Source of the DNA: Camelus ferus
Taxonomy: Eukaryota
Length of the DNA stretch: 64,000 bases
Reading direction: 5' to 3'
Assembly: GCF_009834535.1 (NCBI RefSeq)
Contig: NC_045696.1
Coordinates: 30,568,001 to 30,632,000 of the forward strand
Shown here: positions 38,300 to 52,634 of the stretch, piece after piece
Layout: each line of letters starts with the position of its first letter
Numbering within the stretch: position 1 is the stretch's first letter
Translations under genes and position numbers: made by a program
Notes under the pieces: model-generated
Seen by the model: only the letters and a program-made list of their open reading frames with translations
What the model was told of the DNA's origin: nothing
Databases searched by the model: none

Positions 38300-39400
38300 T
38301 TTTCTTAAATAAATGTTGTCATAAGGTGACAGCAGACTTGTATGAATAGTGTTCTGCTGGATGGAAAATAAAAAATTTGTAAGCAGTAAACTTACCTATC
38401 TAGCTAAGAAAATTTCTAAGCAAAATGTTAAAAGGTAAAGCCTTATTTCTTTATGCTACTTGTAGTAAAACACGAGAGGACAGAGACAGATTAAAGAAGA
38501 AATTATTAAATAGAAAGGAATTAGAACCTGAAGAATTATAAATTCTCAGCCTACCCAGATTGCCACAGATGAGAGAGTATGTTTTAGGAGGAGAATGCCA
38601 AAGGTGTGCCTTGGTGAATTTGTTAAAGAGGTTTGGTGCATGACTTGTGGATCTAAGCAACCATCTTAGCATCATTGCTTCTAGCTTGGACACAAGGGAA
38701 CCAAGATAGAACAAAATGAAAGAAGGGCATTTGCTGTCTGGTGTTCTGTAGATAGAAAATGGACTAAACGGAGCTATTTGGTCATGAACATGTGTTATCC
38801 TTCAAGAAAAGGGAAGAATGATTCCAAAGGTAACTAAGAAACCAGTGTGGGGAGAGGTGACTACTGCCACCAGCAGTCCAGGGGGCCTGAAGAAAGGCCT
38901 GGAGGACTGGGCCATCTCCCTCCAAGTTTAAGTGGTCTTAGCCCACTGCCCAGGGTTGAGGGACCCTGGTGGACCTGGAAAGTAGGACTGCCATGCTGTT
39001 GGACCTGGAGAACAGAGCATCAAGCCAAAAAAGATAAGTTTCACAACTTATGATTAAATGGAATGTGCCTGATAGATTTTAGACTTGCTTAGGGACTGTG
39101 ACCTCTTTCTTTCTCCTGATTTCCCCCTTTTGGAATTGGAATATCTATCCTATGCCTGTCTCACCTTTGTATTTCAAAGCAGATAACTCATTTGGTTTCA
39201 CATGTTCAGAGGGAATAGAATTTAGCCTCAATATGATTAATATCTCGAGTGTCATCCATACCTGATTCAGATGCTATTTAGATTAGATTTTGCACTTAGA
39301 GTTGATCTAGAATGGGTTAAGACTTTGGAGAATGTTGGAATGAGGTGAATGCATTTTGCATGTTAAAAGGACATGACTATTTGGGGGCAAAAAGGCATAG
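38300..39400 (+). mobile_element. MLT1 internal sequence (MaLR-int), 3' part
   Basis: tagctaagaaaatttctaagcaaaatgtt...ggaatatctatcctatgcctgtc...gttaagactttggag...purine tract ttgggggcaaaaagg directly before the LTR. Confidence 0.82.
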
Positions 39401-39791
39401 TGCTATAGCGTGAATAATATCTTACCCCAGATTCATAAGCTGAAGTCCTAATCCCCAGTACCTTAGAATGTGAGATTATTTGGAAATGTATCATTGCAAA
39501 TGTAATTAAGATGAGGTCACTAGTGTGGACCCTAATCCCAATATGATTTCTTGTAAAAGAGGAGGTTTGAATTCAGACACAGGCATGACTAGAGGGAAGG
39601 TGGTGAGAAGATAGATAATCCTACCTATAAGCCAAAGAGAGAGGCTTGAAACAGATCTTTTTCTAGTATCTTTTAGAAGAAACCAACCCTGCTAACACCT
39701 TGATTTGGGGCTTCCAATCTCCAGAATTGTGAGATAACTTACTTTTAAACCATTCATTTGAAGGTAACCCAAACAGTAAGAAACTTATCCA
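39401..39791 (+). mobile_element. MLT1B-type 3' LTR
   Basis: tgctatagcgtgaat...gaagtcctaatccccagtacc...aaccaaccctgctaacaccttgattt...ccagaattgtgaga. Confidence 0.9.
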
Positions 39792-41479
39792 TTTTATCAT
39801 ATTAATTTCCTTTATTTTAAGAATTTGGGACATTTAAAGTAGTTCAAAATTCAGTTCAATTTTAATTACTTTAATTATTTTCAGAATATTTGGAAATAAG
39901 TAGAGAACATTACAAAATTCTAATACACTAACATATATTACTCTCATATCTTCTGACTCCGTATATAAATTCGTATTTATGTAAACGTCTGCTTTCTCAC
40001 CTAACATCATTATTTCTGCAGATTATTTGTACTTAATATTAAATAAAGCCATATTACAACAATTTTTTAAAGAATATATACTAGATATCCTTTTTCTCTT
40101 TGTTATATATCTTCTCTTCTTTTAAAATATGGGCTTTAAAAAATTATACTAGTATAGAATACATATATACAACCATTATATATTCCTAAAATCTGACAAA
40201 CATATTTATGCATATTTTTCATTATTGTCCAATGACAACTTACTAGAGATAAGTACAAATATAATCATTTTTATGGATACATATATTGATTTCTAAAGAT
40301 TTCTACTGCTTAGTTCTAATACTAGAAATATGACAGTTTCACTGTTTTTTTCATCAGTCTTGAAAATACATACCCTTTTAAAACTGTTTATTTAAATGTT
40401 TAAAGACATTATTTTTCTAGTTAGCATGTAGTTGATTACTAAAACCCAGGGACATTATGATTCAGAAAATATGTAGGTCAATAGCACTTAATGATACTTC
40501 ATGGTCAGGCTTATAACTATATAATGATCACTATTAAGAAAGATTTAGTTTTCTATAACACTATCCCATTGCAAAAATACATGTCATCCTGGCAGTAATA
40601 AGGCTGAATATATTACACTTTAGGTCACATAAATATATGCTGACTATCTCTGATGAGGGTAAAGAAAAATCTCACTGAAAGAAGAAATGTATATATAAGA
40701 GAATTAATTGCCTAGTGGTTAATATAAAATTAGGAATCTGAAGCCAAGTTTATCAGCTTGAGAAAAGTATGCTTGTAAAATCAAAACATAGATTATGAAC
40801 CACAAGGGAAATGTTGGAAGCAGCAGTTAATTTAAATGAGACCATGATGTTTTAGATACCTCTGAGTTTTTAGAAATATGTATGTTTATTTTATAATATT
40901 GTATTAAATTTTTTACACAGACATTTGGAATACATTCTAAACATACATTTAATTTCAGCCTTCTCTTCCCTCTGATTCACTGCCTATAATGGCTATTTTT
41001 CCCTTCATTTTCCCTTGAAAATAATTTATTCCTCTCAATGTTCCATTCTAGTGTACAAAATTCAGAAAAGTTCCTGAAAGTTTTCTAGGAATGTTTTAAG
41101 GAGAAGGCAGTTTCTGTAGGAGGCATGTGAAATACAACAATATATTATATTATGTCATATAATATTATCACACATCAAAGGGAGAATATTAAATTCAAAA
41201 ATTTACCCCTAATTAACAAACATTTTAACATCACTTGGGTGAAAAGAGTCAGGAGTAGCTGAGTAAGCACCTCATCCAGGATGTAGTGCCAGATGCTCCC
41301 TTGACATCTGGGGGATGGGGCAGTGACAGGCTGGTCCCTAAGAGCTATCCTCCTCTTGGCTATCCTGAGCAACAGGAACCACTTTTCCCTGTACTCAGTA
41401 CTAGTCTTTTATTTGCTTGTTCTGTTATTCCAGTTACATGTAGATACCGTTTAACATTAATGCTATGTTTAACTCAAGA

Positions 41480-41579
41480 ATTGGGCAGTGAAACACACTT
41501 GGCCATGAAGAGTAATTCACCAATACTTGGACATTGGACAATGAAACACACTTGGCCATGAAATAATCTACCTAATATT
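41480..41579. repeat. Two-copy tandem duplication, period 53 bp, with an identical 21 bp core
   Basis: tgaaacacacttggccatgaa at 41489-41509 and 41542-41562; flanks are also similar. Confidence 0.9.
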
Positions 41580-42189
41580 CCTCTCAAATATATATAAGTA
41601 ACTTATACAAGTGGGCAAGAAGACAAATGGGTCCTAAATACATGCCCCAGAGTATACCTTATAATTTATTCAATACTACATATTTTTAATTAAGAATGTA
41701 TACCCTGAAGATCATGTATTATTAAAAATTATTGACAAAACTAATCTAAACATCAATCAAACTGTTGAAGCGTTTACAATGTATTTTAGAGCTAATACTG
41801 ATGCAAGCTTAGTACTTCTTAACAGATTTAGTTTGGAGTCCATGAAACTTATCATTGAAATAAATTTGTTTCCTTTTGCCTTTCTTTTATAGTACAGCAA
41901 AAATTCTGCAAGCATTTATATAAGTATTATTTATTCTTAGTATACCACTGCTCAATAAATCCTAATTCATGCTATTTTTATTAAATGAAAACTTTTATAC
42001 ATTTTAAAATATATAAAATACATCAAATATTGATTTCTAATAATTTGTTTCTAAAACATGTGGATTATTATTTTTAGAACAAAACTTGGAGTGAAATTCT
42101 AAATTATATATTTTGATAGTTTTAGAAGCAAATAAAACTTATAGAACTCTAAAGAAAAAATCATATATATAAAATACATAGCAACATAA

Positions 42190-42450
42190 TGATTTTAAAC
42201 AAGGGTTTAGGCAGAGTTGAGAGGAAATTAATCAACTATCATAAAGTTTAGAAGAAATTATGCAAGACTTAATAAAGAGGAATAAAAAGATGTAATACAT
42301 AAAAAAGTTTGAGATGTGAAGGAGAGAGCCATATATTTTAATCAATAAATTTGGGGGGTTCAGAATTTTAAGAGAGACAGAGACAGAAACATACATAGAC
42401 AGAATATACCCTGAGAAATATTAAAAGCTATAATGGTTAATTTTTTTTGT
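42190..42450 (+). mobile_element. Ancient L1/HAL1 ORF1 remnant
   Basis: A-rich ORF1-like run ggcagagttgagaggaaattaatcaact...gaagaaattatgc...gagatgtgaaggagaga. Confidence 0.4.
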
Positions 42451-42707
42451 TTCTCCTGAAACAGTAAGTGTATGGGTTAATGTCAACAGACACTGGCCTT
42501 TAAAAACAATTACAATGAGTATTTGCATGCTAAAAATTATAAATGTGTGTGATTTGTGTGTGCAGGAGATGGTAAATAGAATCAAATTGCTCTAAGTTTT
42601 TGTTGAAAGCATTAAAATATCAACTTTAAGCTTGAATTAAATGTAAATCTAAACTGATTATTAAAAATAAAGATAGTAAGAACAATTTCAAGCTAATAAG
42701 CTATTTC

Positions 42708-43207
42708 TCTATCAGTTACTATTTTTGTTTAATATTATCCCCAAATTAAGTGAATTTTAAGTGACTTAAAGCAACATTAATTATTATCTCTCATAATATC
42801 TGTGGATCAAGAATTGGAGTGACTCTGCTGGCTCATTCTACATTAGGGTCAATCAAGCGGTTGCGGTACAGTAAAGTCTAGGGCTTGGGTTATTTCAATA
42901 AAAGCTTCTACATGTACATATCTGGTCATTGGGATTGACCAGATTGGAGCTGGGACATCTACAGTTCTTCAGGAATCTCTTTCCCTCCTTGTGATCTGGC
43001 CATCAGGGTTAGGGTGGTCAGAATTCTCATATGTAGGATCAAAGCTCCCAAAGCATGTGTTCTGAGAGAAAGCCATGTAAAATTTAGATCACTTTCTATT
43101 GCCTCATCTTCCACCACATTCTGTTGACCAAAACATTACACATTACACTGAGGTTTAAAAGAAAGGAATATTATCTCTCAATGTAGGGTGTGCCTATTTT
43201 TAAAATC
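42708..43207 (-). mobile_element. MLT1H-like MaLR LTR
   Basis: agtgacttaaagcaaca...atctgtggatcaagaatt...cttccaccacattctgttgacc. Confidence 0.75.
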
Positions 43208-43284
43208 TTGCTTTGGTATTTTTTAAAATTTTCTGTACATTAGTACCCTCAAAAAATTGAAATAGTATGAACCCTTTGCAACTT

Positions 43285-44895
43285 CTTTAAAAATAGAATT
43301 TATTTTTAGTATTGAGCAAAAGGTACAGAGATTTCCATCTATCCCCTACCTCTGTACATGCACAGCCTCCCCCATTGTCAACATCCCCACCAGAAATGTA
43401 CATTTTAGATGAATCTACATTGACACATAATTATCACTCAAAATGTATGGTGCACATTAGGGTTCATTCTAGGTGTTGTACATTCTATGGGTCTGGACAA
43501 ACATACAATGACATGTGTCCACCATTATAGTATTATACAAAATAGTTTCACTGTCCAAAAAATCCTCTGTGCTCTACCTAATTATTTCTCCCTCCACCCA
43601 TAACACCTGGAAACCACTGATATTTTTATTGTCTAGGTAGTTTTGCCTTTTCATGAAATGTATAATTGGAATCATACAGTATGTAATCTTTTCATATTAG
43701 CTTCTTTCACTGAATAATACATATTTGAGGTTTCTCTGTGTCTTCTCATGGTTTAATAGCTCATTTCATTTTAGTGCTGAGTAATATGCCACAGTTTGAA
43801 TGTATTGCAGTTTATTTATCCATTATCATGCTGAAGAACATCTGGGTTGCTTACAGTTTTAACAATTATGAATAAAGCTGCTATAGACATTTGTGTGTAG
43901 GTTTTATTGTGGACATAGTTTTTTCACCTCCTTTGGGAAAATACCAAGGAGCAAGATTGCTGAATCATATGGTGAGAGTATTTTTAATTTTATAAGCAAC
44001 CTCCAAAGAGTCTTACAAAGAGGCTATACCATTTTGCATTCCCACTGTAAATGAATGAGAGGTCCTGTTACACCTTATCCTCACCAGCATTTGATGTCAG
44101 TGTTCTGGATTTTGGCCATTCTGATATGTATGTAGTGGTGTTGCATTGTGGTTTTAATTTTCATTTCTCTGATGACGTGTGATGTGGGGCATCTTTTTGT
44201 ATACTTATGTCCCATCTGTATATTTTATTTGGTGAGGTATTTAAGTTCTTTGACCTATTTTTTAAAAATTTGATTGTTTTCTTATTTTGGGGTTTTAAGA
44301 GTTCTTCATGTATTTTGGATAATAGTCTCTGATCAGATATGAGAAAATTTCCTTAATAGTTGCTCTTAGCCCGTAATTTGTTTTTTCAGTCTCTTAAGAG
44401 TGTCTTTTATAGAACAGAAAATTTTATTGTTAATGAAGTCTAGCTTATCAGTTATTTCTTTCATGGGTTGTGCCTTTGCTGTTTTATCTAAACATCATCA
44501 CCATATCCAAGGACATCTACATTTTCTCCTATGTTGTCTCCTGAGGGTTTTATAGTTATCCATTTTACATTTAGGTTGTGATCCAATTGTTAAGTGCTGT
44601 GAAGGGTGCAAGTTTTGCAATGAGATTCATGATTTTGCAAGTAGATGTCCAGTTCTTCCAGCACCACTTGTTGAAAAGAAAATCTTTGCTCCATTGTATT
44701 GCCTTTGCTCATTTGTCAAAGATGATTTGATTATATTTATGAGAGTCTATTTCTGGGTTCTCTGTTGTGTTCCACTGATATGTTTGATTACTCTTTCTCC
44801 AATACCACATGTCTTGATTACTATATCTTTACAATAAGTCTTGAAGTCAGGTAGTGTCTGTTCTCTAATTTTGTTCTCCTTTTCAGTATTGTTCC
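43285..44895 (-). mobile_element. L1MC1-like LINE-1 3' portion
   Basis: L1MC1-type 3' UTR (ttgagcaaaaggtacagagatttcc...acattagggttcattct...gtacattctatggg); ORF2 peptide TLPDFKTYCKDIVIKT (44747-44974). Confidence 0.93.
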
Positions 44896-44959
44896 TTTGC
44901 AACTTCTGAAAGGAGCTGATTTTTGTGTGTGTGTATCTGACAAAGAAAAGTGTCTTAAT

Positions 44960-45240
44960 TATGCCCATATACATATAAGAATATTCATCAGAGCAAAGTT
45001 TACAGTAGCCTCAAAGTAGAACAATCCAACTGTATGAGAATAGAAAATGAAATGTGCCATATTCTCACAAGGGAATGCAACACAACAAAGATAATGAATG
45101 AGCCACACATAAAGCTACACAAATCAATCTCTTTAGAAAATGTTGTGCAAGAAAAGCAAAAGGCCAAAAGGTACACAGGAAGCATGTATCTTCAAGGCTG
45201 CTTTAAAGTATTTTCAAAGGGGAAATTGTTCAAAACTAAA
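44960..45240 (+). mobile_element. L1ME 3' fragment
   Basis: agaatattcatcagagc...tagcctcaaagtagaacaatccaactgt...aaaatgttgtgcaagaaaagc. Confidence 0.55.
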
Positions 45241-47799
45241 CAGGAAGAAAAATAGGAAAAAAATTTAGAAGCTAAATTAACACGAGAACAATTAGATTAT
45301 ACAATATGACTGGAACTTCCACAGAGAGTTTGAGATTTGAGATTAAATCATCCATGGAACGAATGACCTTAGAAATAAGCCTATTATATTATTCACTGAA
45401 TGTGTTGATGACCTAAGAATTTTGTATCCTCTTATAGTAATGAAATTGCAGCACTATGTTATAATCTATAAGGCTACTGGCTTCATTAAAAAATTCAGAA
45501 TTTGAGTTCAAAGGTAAAATTAATTGTGTAAAATAATAAAACAATATAAAATATATCTTATTTTGTATTTGAGTAATATTTTTAACTTTAAAAATTTAGT
45601 TGTTAAATGTATAGAAGCTTTCAACATTAATGTCATTCATAGATTGCAGAAACATTACCAGTCTTTTCAATAATTAGGAAGCTAAATTAACCTACATGAA
45701 GAGCATTTACCTAAAGGAAAAAAAAAAAAAGAAGTATATGGTAACAGTGGAAGTAAATAGACTCACTAACCAACATTTGGCTGTTTAAGTAGAATTAGTG
45801 AAGTGAATCAACATGATGGTTATTATAAGCTTTTATTAGGGTGGTGAGTGAATATCAGTAAATATTTGTTGAATGTTGAATGGCTCTGGCACCTACCATT
45901 TTTCAGCTGTAACTATTTTTATGACAACAAATTTAACTAATTTCTCTCCCTGGAGTTAAAAACATTTTAATCATATTCTGCAATAGCCCATAAACTCATA
46001 GGAAATAAACTTTTCAAGCATATTTCCTTTTGTTGTCATTTTTCTTTTTATGCCTTATGTCCCTTTTCCTCTTTTAAAGTTACTAACTCATTTTGAGTAA
46101 TGTACTAATCTTCTATATTCTCACAAGTGTTCTAAATTTCTATCTGACTTCTCTCTAGATAATAGATGTTTAGTAAACACTTGGGGCTAATAGATGAATA
46201 AAAAGTTATGGGGTTGAGAAGCAGCATACTATTAACATTCTTGTTCTGGGGAATGAAAAAAAATTTTAACATCCATGATTCAATTCAATTCAATTCAACA
46301 TGTATTTATCAAGGGCCTAGTTTATATTTTTAGTAATAACTGTAACTGTTACAGGCATTTACAATGAAATGAATTTGTCATAAGTAGCATGTAACAAAAT
46401 GGAACAGCTGAGGGTAGAAAAGTAAAGTATGAACATGCATCCCACATAGTAATGACAAGAACAATTTTTGGAAGCTTTTATGTATTTATATCTCCCTAAA
46501 ATGAATATAGTGAAAAATACTAAATAAATTATTGAGAGTATGAGGAAATACTTTAAGTTATACATCGCACACCTAGTATTTTTTTCTAAATTGGTATTTA
46601 ATAAATTACCCAAAGTAATATTTCTGTACAAGGATGTAGACTATCAAGGCACTGCATTTCCTTAAATTACACTTTTTCCATAATCTTCCTGAAAAATAAA
46701 CATTGGTATACTTTCTCCAGGCAGACTCTGTCTGCATTTAAGTGAAAATTTAACAAATTATAGTCAATGAGGGATTTGACAAAGTGCAATAACTGTAAAT
46801 TGCCAATAATCTGTTTCTAATTTGTATTAGAAAAGAAAAATGAGCTGAGTTATTGAATGTATCTAAAAATGAATTGCAGTTGGTCTGTATTGTGGCTAAC
46901 AAGCTTCCAGGCACTGAATCATACAAAGGTTAATAATACATGCTTAAGAGACTGCAGAAAACCTTTATGGATTTTATGGGAAGATTTTCAAATACCAGCA
47001 ATAATGTAGCATATTGTTTCAGACAATTTATCACACTTTGAATCAAATAAATTCTTATTATGTAAAGATTTTGAGGAAGAAAAGGATAATGTTATCTACT
47101 AGTGTCTATTAAACACTACCAAAGCAGTCTTGCAATGATTACAAAAAATAGAAAAGCCTGTTTTCTCGTATTTTTTATAGAAAAACACCATGTAAATTAG
47201 AAAAATTATGGCTATGGCATCACAGAGTGGAAATATCTAGCAGTTGTTCCCTTGAACGATTCATTATTTAGAAGTTACTGACTTGTTCAAATTACAGTTT
47301 CAAGAAACAAGTTTTTTTCCAGCATAGTGTATCATTTATAACAAATAATAATTTGTATGACATCTCTTCTTACTAAATAAATGATCTTGGAATCCCACTT
47401 TACATTCCAATAAAGCCATTACCAAATCCCTTAGCATAAACTAAAACCAAATTTACATGCATTACTTCTTCTCCCGTCAATTACACTGATAGTTTCTCAG
47501 GATATAATTTTTTCTCTAAGTAATATTTAATATTTTACATTAAAGTAGAAATTTCAGAAGTGAAAAAACTGAGAGACTGCTTATGCCTATGTAAATTCTA
47601 TATCCTTCCTATATAAAATTCTAAAATATCATGTATTTATATTTTGAGTTATAGTCAGAGACTCAGTATAGTGAATATACTTAAATGAGATTTTTAAACA
47701 TATTCAAGAAAATTCCTTTCTTATACTAGTAATACTTTGTTTGCTGGAACAGAGAGAAGAGGAAAGAGGAGAGGGAGAGATCCCATTCTAACAACAAAT

Positions 47800-47872
47800 C
47801 CTAATCATATTCTCAGTGCTTAGATAGTGCCTTGACTGGAGGATGTACTCAATAATTTTTGATGAATGAATG
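47800..47872 (+). mobile_element. L2 3' end
   Basis: cagtgcttagatagtgccttgac...actcaataatttttgatgaatgaatg. Confidence 0.7.
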
Positions 47873-48180
47873 TGGTTACAGTGTAAGCTTTGAAACCAAC
47901 TCCTATAGGTAGTAGCTGAAATACTTGGAACAAGTTACTTAATTTTTTTTTCATTGCACTAATTCATAAAGTGAAAATGATAGGAGGACCAATTTACAGG
48001 ATTTTTAGGAAGCTTAAGTAAGACCACACAATTGCATAACTCTAAAAGTGCTATTCACATGTATTTATGTAAATGATGTCCCCAGGACCTTTGAAATATG
48101 GTGACCCTGAGACTTACTGAGTCATACCGTTAAGTGCTAAAAACAGCAACTGGCACATAGCAGACTTTCAATTATTCAGT
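47873..48180 (+). mobile_element. MIR (degraded, interrupted)
   Basis: acttggaacaagttacttaat...taaagtgaaaatgata...ctggcacatagcagac. Confidence 0.55.
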
Positions 48181-48784
48181 TATTTTGTTACTTCCTGCTG
48201 AGTTTAAAGACATGTGGTATTTGATTTGACTGTGCATGTAATTAGCTAGTACATTGTTGATTCTGTTGTTTAGTTTCTAATGTATAATTTCAGAATGCCT
48301 GTTAATCACCTTAATGAAAATTTTATTAAGATTTTTGGAATTGGAATGGATCTTAATAGTCTCTTATCCTACCTCCATACATAGCAAGAGTCTGCTTGAA
48401 TAATAGTGTTCCTAGATAGTTTTGGTCTTCTTGAATTATAGTAATCAAAGGAATTTACTAGAAAGAATGCTGACATGAATTTTAAAGACAGAAGAAGAGG
48501 AAATAGGAAGCAGAAAAGACAAATGTCTCATTTGTGAGTTCATTTGAAGTAAGATTTATTAAGTTAGGCAACTTCTATTTGTACATATGGATGTTTCTTT
48601 AGTACATGCAGGAGTATTATTCAAATTGGTGGCAAAATATGTCATTGCCACTAATAGAGTTATCTGTAAGTTTGATTACAGGTAAAATGGAAAGTCATTC
48701 TAGTTTCCCCTGAACAGTTTGGGATTATGCCTATTTCTGAGTATAAATTAGCAATAGCACTCCCTTTCATTTTGGTTGCCAATC

Positions 48785-48997
48785 GAGATTTGCAAATACT
48801 AACTGCTACATGTAAAATAGATAAAAAACAAACTTCTCCCGTATAGCACTGGAAAATATATTCAATAACCTTGTAGTATCCTATAATGAAAAAGAATATG
48901 AAAACAAATATATGTATGTATATATATATAACTGAAATATTATGCTGTCCACCAGGAACTGATATAGTGCAACTGACTATACTTCAATTAAAAAAAG
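48785..48997 (+). mobile_element. Young 5'-truncated LINE-1 3' end (camelid-like)
   Basis: gagatttgcaaatactaact...gtatagcactggaaaatatattcaata...aactgactatacttcaatt plus an A tail; paralogous to 54110-54300. Confidence 0.88.
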
Positions 48998-49422
48998 GAA
49001 ACAAACAAACAAAAACTCAACTTGAATTAGCTTAGGAAAAAGATTTATTGACTCTTACTAAACCATAGGAAACCAAAGAATACAATTAGTTATAAGGAGT
49101 AATCCATATTGTGCTATTTTTTAAATTTGTGTTCCAAGTATAAACAAATTCCATTGTCAGTTTTATTTTCAACTTTTGTCAGAGATCTTACAAATAATAA
49201 TTATGACATTGTTTTACTCAGTGTATAAGTGTACTCACATATCATAAAAAGCAATTTGGTAGTTTAATTCATTAAATGGCATGACATCTTGACTGCATTG
49301 TCTAGAAAGTAAAAGCCATGTAACGTAGTAATTATTCACATACAAAATTTTGCCTGTTTGTTGGATTACGATGGCAATCCTTCCCAATCTCTTTCTCTCC
49401 TCTTTGTGTATGTAATTGAACA

Positions 49423-49508
49423 TATGTGTGTATGTGTGTATATATATGTATATATACATGTAAGTATATATATGTGTGTATATCAATGTATACAAACACA
49501 TATATAAT
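49423..49508. repeat. Degenerate (TA)/(TG) microsatellite
   Basis: Directly visible. Confidence 0.85.
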
Positions 49509-49511
49509 GAT

Positions 49512-50010
49512 TAAGCACACAGCAAATAATTACAAAATTTAGTCATATACTCTTAAAAAACAGTCTCAACAAATATAAAAGCATTGAAATGCATGGTGGA
49601 ATTAATTCAGAAATGAAAACAAACTCAAATACAATTTTAAAATCTTCATATATTTTAGAATTAAATAACAATTTCCTAAATAGCTCAACCATGGGTAATA
49701 ACAAATCCCAATGAAAATTAGAGAATAATTTGAACTAAATTTTAATGAAAAATGAGAGATCATAATTGTGTATAGTTCTGCTTCAGATACAGAAAACACA
49801 ATATTGTGCCTATTCTAATAATGAGGCAAGATCCAAATAATCTACAGAATCATAACTTATTTGAACCCATCAGAGAGTTAAGGACACCATGCAACTAAAA
49901 GGATTGAATTCCAGGGAATATCCAACACCTCTGAGGAGAGACAGAACACACAGATTATTTCTAGTTTGGCAGAGCATGGAAGGAAGAGGTGGTTAACTAA
50001 AAAGCAGGTA
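49512..50010 (+). mobile_element. Old L1 remnants (ORF2 endonuclease piece followed by a 5' UTR-like piece)
   Basis: aaacagtctcaacaaatataaaagcattgaaat...gaaaattagagaataatttgaactaaat; then gaacccatcagagagttaagg. Confidence 0.55.
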
Positions 50011-51926
50011 GCAGATATATATATTTAGAAATATATATAAAACATATATAGTTTTTACTTGACTATCATGTGTTGGTTTATATAAACAGTAGTAGATATG
50101 TAGAAAGAACAGTACTAAATTATTAAGCTAAGGAGGAAAAATGACACAGCATCATGATGTGTAATTCTTAACATCTTTTGATATAATCTACTAAAGCTTC
50201 TCAAACTGAAATTTGTAATAGAATAAAATATGTCCTTCAGATTAGTATGTTTTGCCATAAATCATTCTGGTCTTCTCAATTTAAATAGGAGGAAGGTAAA
50301 CAAAGCTATCATTATTGGTATTATTATTTTAACAAAAATAATTAGGATTTTTTAGTCCTAATAATTGAGAATATGGAGAAAAATGGACAGAAAGTGGCAA
50401 AATGACATCTTACAAAAAATATGAATATTTACTTTGTAAACTAAATACATTCAACTGAAATATAAAACATTTAGTAAATTTACTAGACGGAAAATGACCA
50501 AACAATAGACTTTGTAGTTTTCCTATGTATACTGGTAGGAAAAAAATCATAACTTCTCTGTGTTAATTAGTTTAAAAATAACTTAAAAGATCTTATAAAT
50601 TATGAGAAGTATAAGTGAAGTAAAATTAATAGCATCTGTACAACACCTACAATTTGCTGAGAAACAAAATATTATGAATATTTGTATACTAAATCTTGTA
50701 GGGATGGCAGTTCTCCAGGAATTAACAGATTCAAAGGTATTTCAATTGAATTTTCTATTATACATTATTAATAACATATTACAACACATATTATTATTCT
50801 CAGGTTTACTTAAAACTATGAAATGTGAGACCTGAATGGAAAGTTTGAGGAAAAGAAAAAACAATGTGATAATTTTAATACTAGATATTAAAATAAAACA
50901 GAAAATTTAATGTAGTGCTGGCAGGAGATTTGAGACTAATCAAAAGTTCAGGAGAAATGAGGCAGAAATAAAACCCTTCTTTATGTGCTTAGATACACGT
51001 AAATGTGCCAGTATTTTCTGATCCTTCATCAATGGAGGTTTGGATAATCCATCCTGGCACTTTCTGCCACTGAGTCTTTACATGAACTTCAGCTGCTCTC
51101 TCAATATTGCATATTCAGAGTCATTGCCTTTTGATCAAAATTGGCATCCAGGATAAAGCCCATCAGCACCGTCTGTCCTAATTTAATAAATATTGTGATT
51201 TAATTAAATAAATACTCTAAATGAAGACTAAGTAAAGACTCCTGGGAAATTAATTATTTGGGGAAAAATATAATTCTTTCATTTCATGGTTTACACAAGA
51301 GTAAACATCAATGTTGTTAAAATAGCTAAAGTTGGCAATTTTTACCCTGTAAAGTAGGAAAACTATTTGTGACTAGCTGAAATTTGTGTAGAAACTTGAA
51401 AATATAACTTTATAGGAAGAATTAACAAACATTTTTAAAGTCTTTTTTTTCTATTTGTAGTGAATAGCAGTATTCAAAAATACTATTTTAGAATAGTAAC
51501 ATAAATACTAAGGTAATATAACTGTAAAATAAAAAGACTGAGAAATGGCTATTTACCCAAAGCAGGGCAAATTATATTAGTAAATTAGTCACAAAAGACA
51601 AAGTATAAACTATCAGGGTATAAAAAAAATAGTTCTATTTTACTAAAAATCCTAGAAATAAATTTTTTAATGTATCAATCACATTTATAATAGTCAGAAG
51701 AAAATAATAATATGAATTTTCAAAAAAGGAGTTTATTATTGGGTTTCTTGAACCATAAAATTATCTATTTTAACTCATTTTAAATGACAACTTATTAAAA
51801 TATGTAAAACATACATATGTGTGTATATATATATGAAATATATTTAAATCAGCATACTCACGTAGTGACTGATGAATATGAGGGAAGTAAAATTTAGAAG
51901 AAAACAGCTCTTCCAGTTTCTCATAA

Positions 51927-52213
51927 CAAGTCCACAGTTACTTGTTTAGAACCCCCAAGTTCAGTGATACTTCAGAGTTAAGCATTTTTCACTTTTTAAG
52001 GGCAATGCAGTGTGTAGACTGGATATTGTGTAACGCTCTCATGGGGGTCTACAGCAGCACACTCTAACAGAAAAATATCAATATGCTATTCACCACAAGG
52101 ACTATAGACCAAAGACGATCACTTTCTCCCATCACTCACATCAGGTTTGGCTGCCAGATGAGATTGCAACAAATTTAAGAAAAACACGTTGTAGATTAGG
52201 GATTTTGGACCTG
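51927..52213 (-). mobile_element. MER46C-like TcMar-Tigger DNA transposon
   Basis: Termini caagtccaca...tttggacctg followed by TA; internal gggggtctacagcagcac and tcaggtttggctgccagatgag match the remembered MER46C consensus. Confidence 0.75.
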
Positions 52214-52634
52214 TACTCGAGCAATCTCAGAGAAGGAAGCTATTCTCTTTCAGCTGACCCTCTACGTACCATAGGCCCTGCTCTCAGTGTTGGGAAATGT
52301 ATTAGCTGTCTTGGCATCCCATTTGAACAAGAGACAGATTACAACTTTACAACATCAGAAGTATCATCATCAATCATCTCATGCACTCGGGGCTTTTGTG
52401 TTCAGAAAGGCTTTGTAGTGTTAACAGCAGCTAAAATGTGGGATGTCCCTTGGTTTAGAAGAGAATATTGGGTTAGGAATTTATGCTGTTCTTGTAAAAT
52501 TACTATCTCTTCAAAATTTGAGAATTGAAAACCAATAGATCTAGCAGATATTAAAAGATATTCCTCTTAATATTTACAGAGCAAGCACTTGTCATTTAGA
52601 TATTTCACCCATGATCTATGCTTCCTCTATGAAA

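Noticed and set aside
41489..41562. CRISPR-like repeat-spacer-repeat (21 bp repeat, 32 bp spacer)
   Set aside because: Only two copies, similarity extends into the flanks (plain tandem duplication), mammalian context and no cas genes.
52205..52528. 107 aa ORF
   Set aside because: Non-ATG start inside a transposon terminus; no recognisable domain or splice support.
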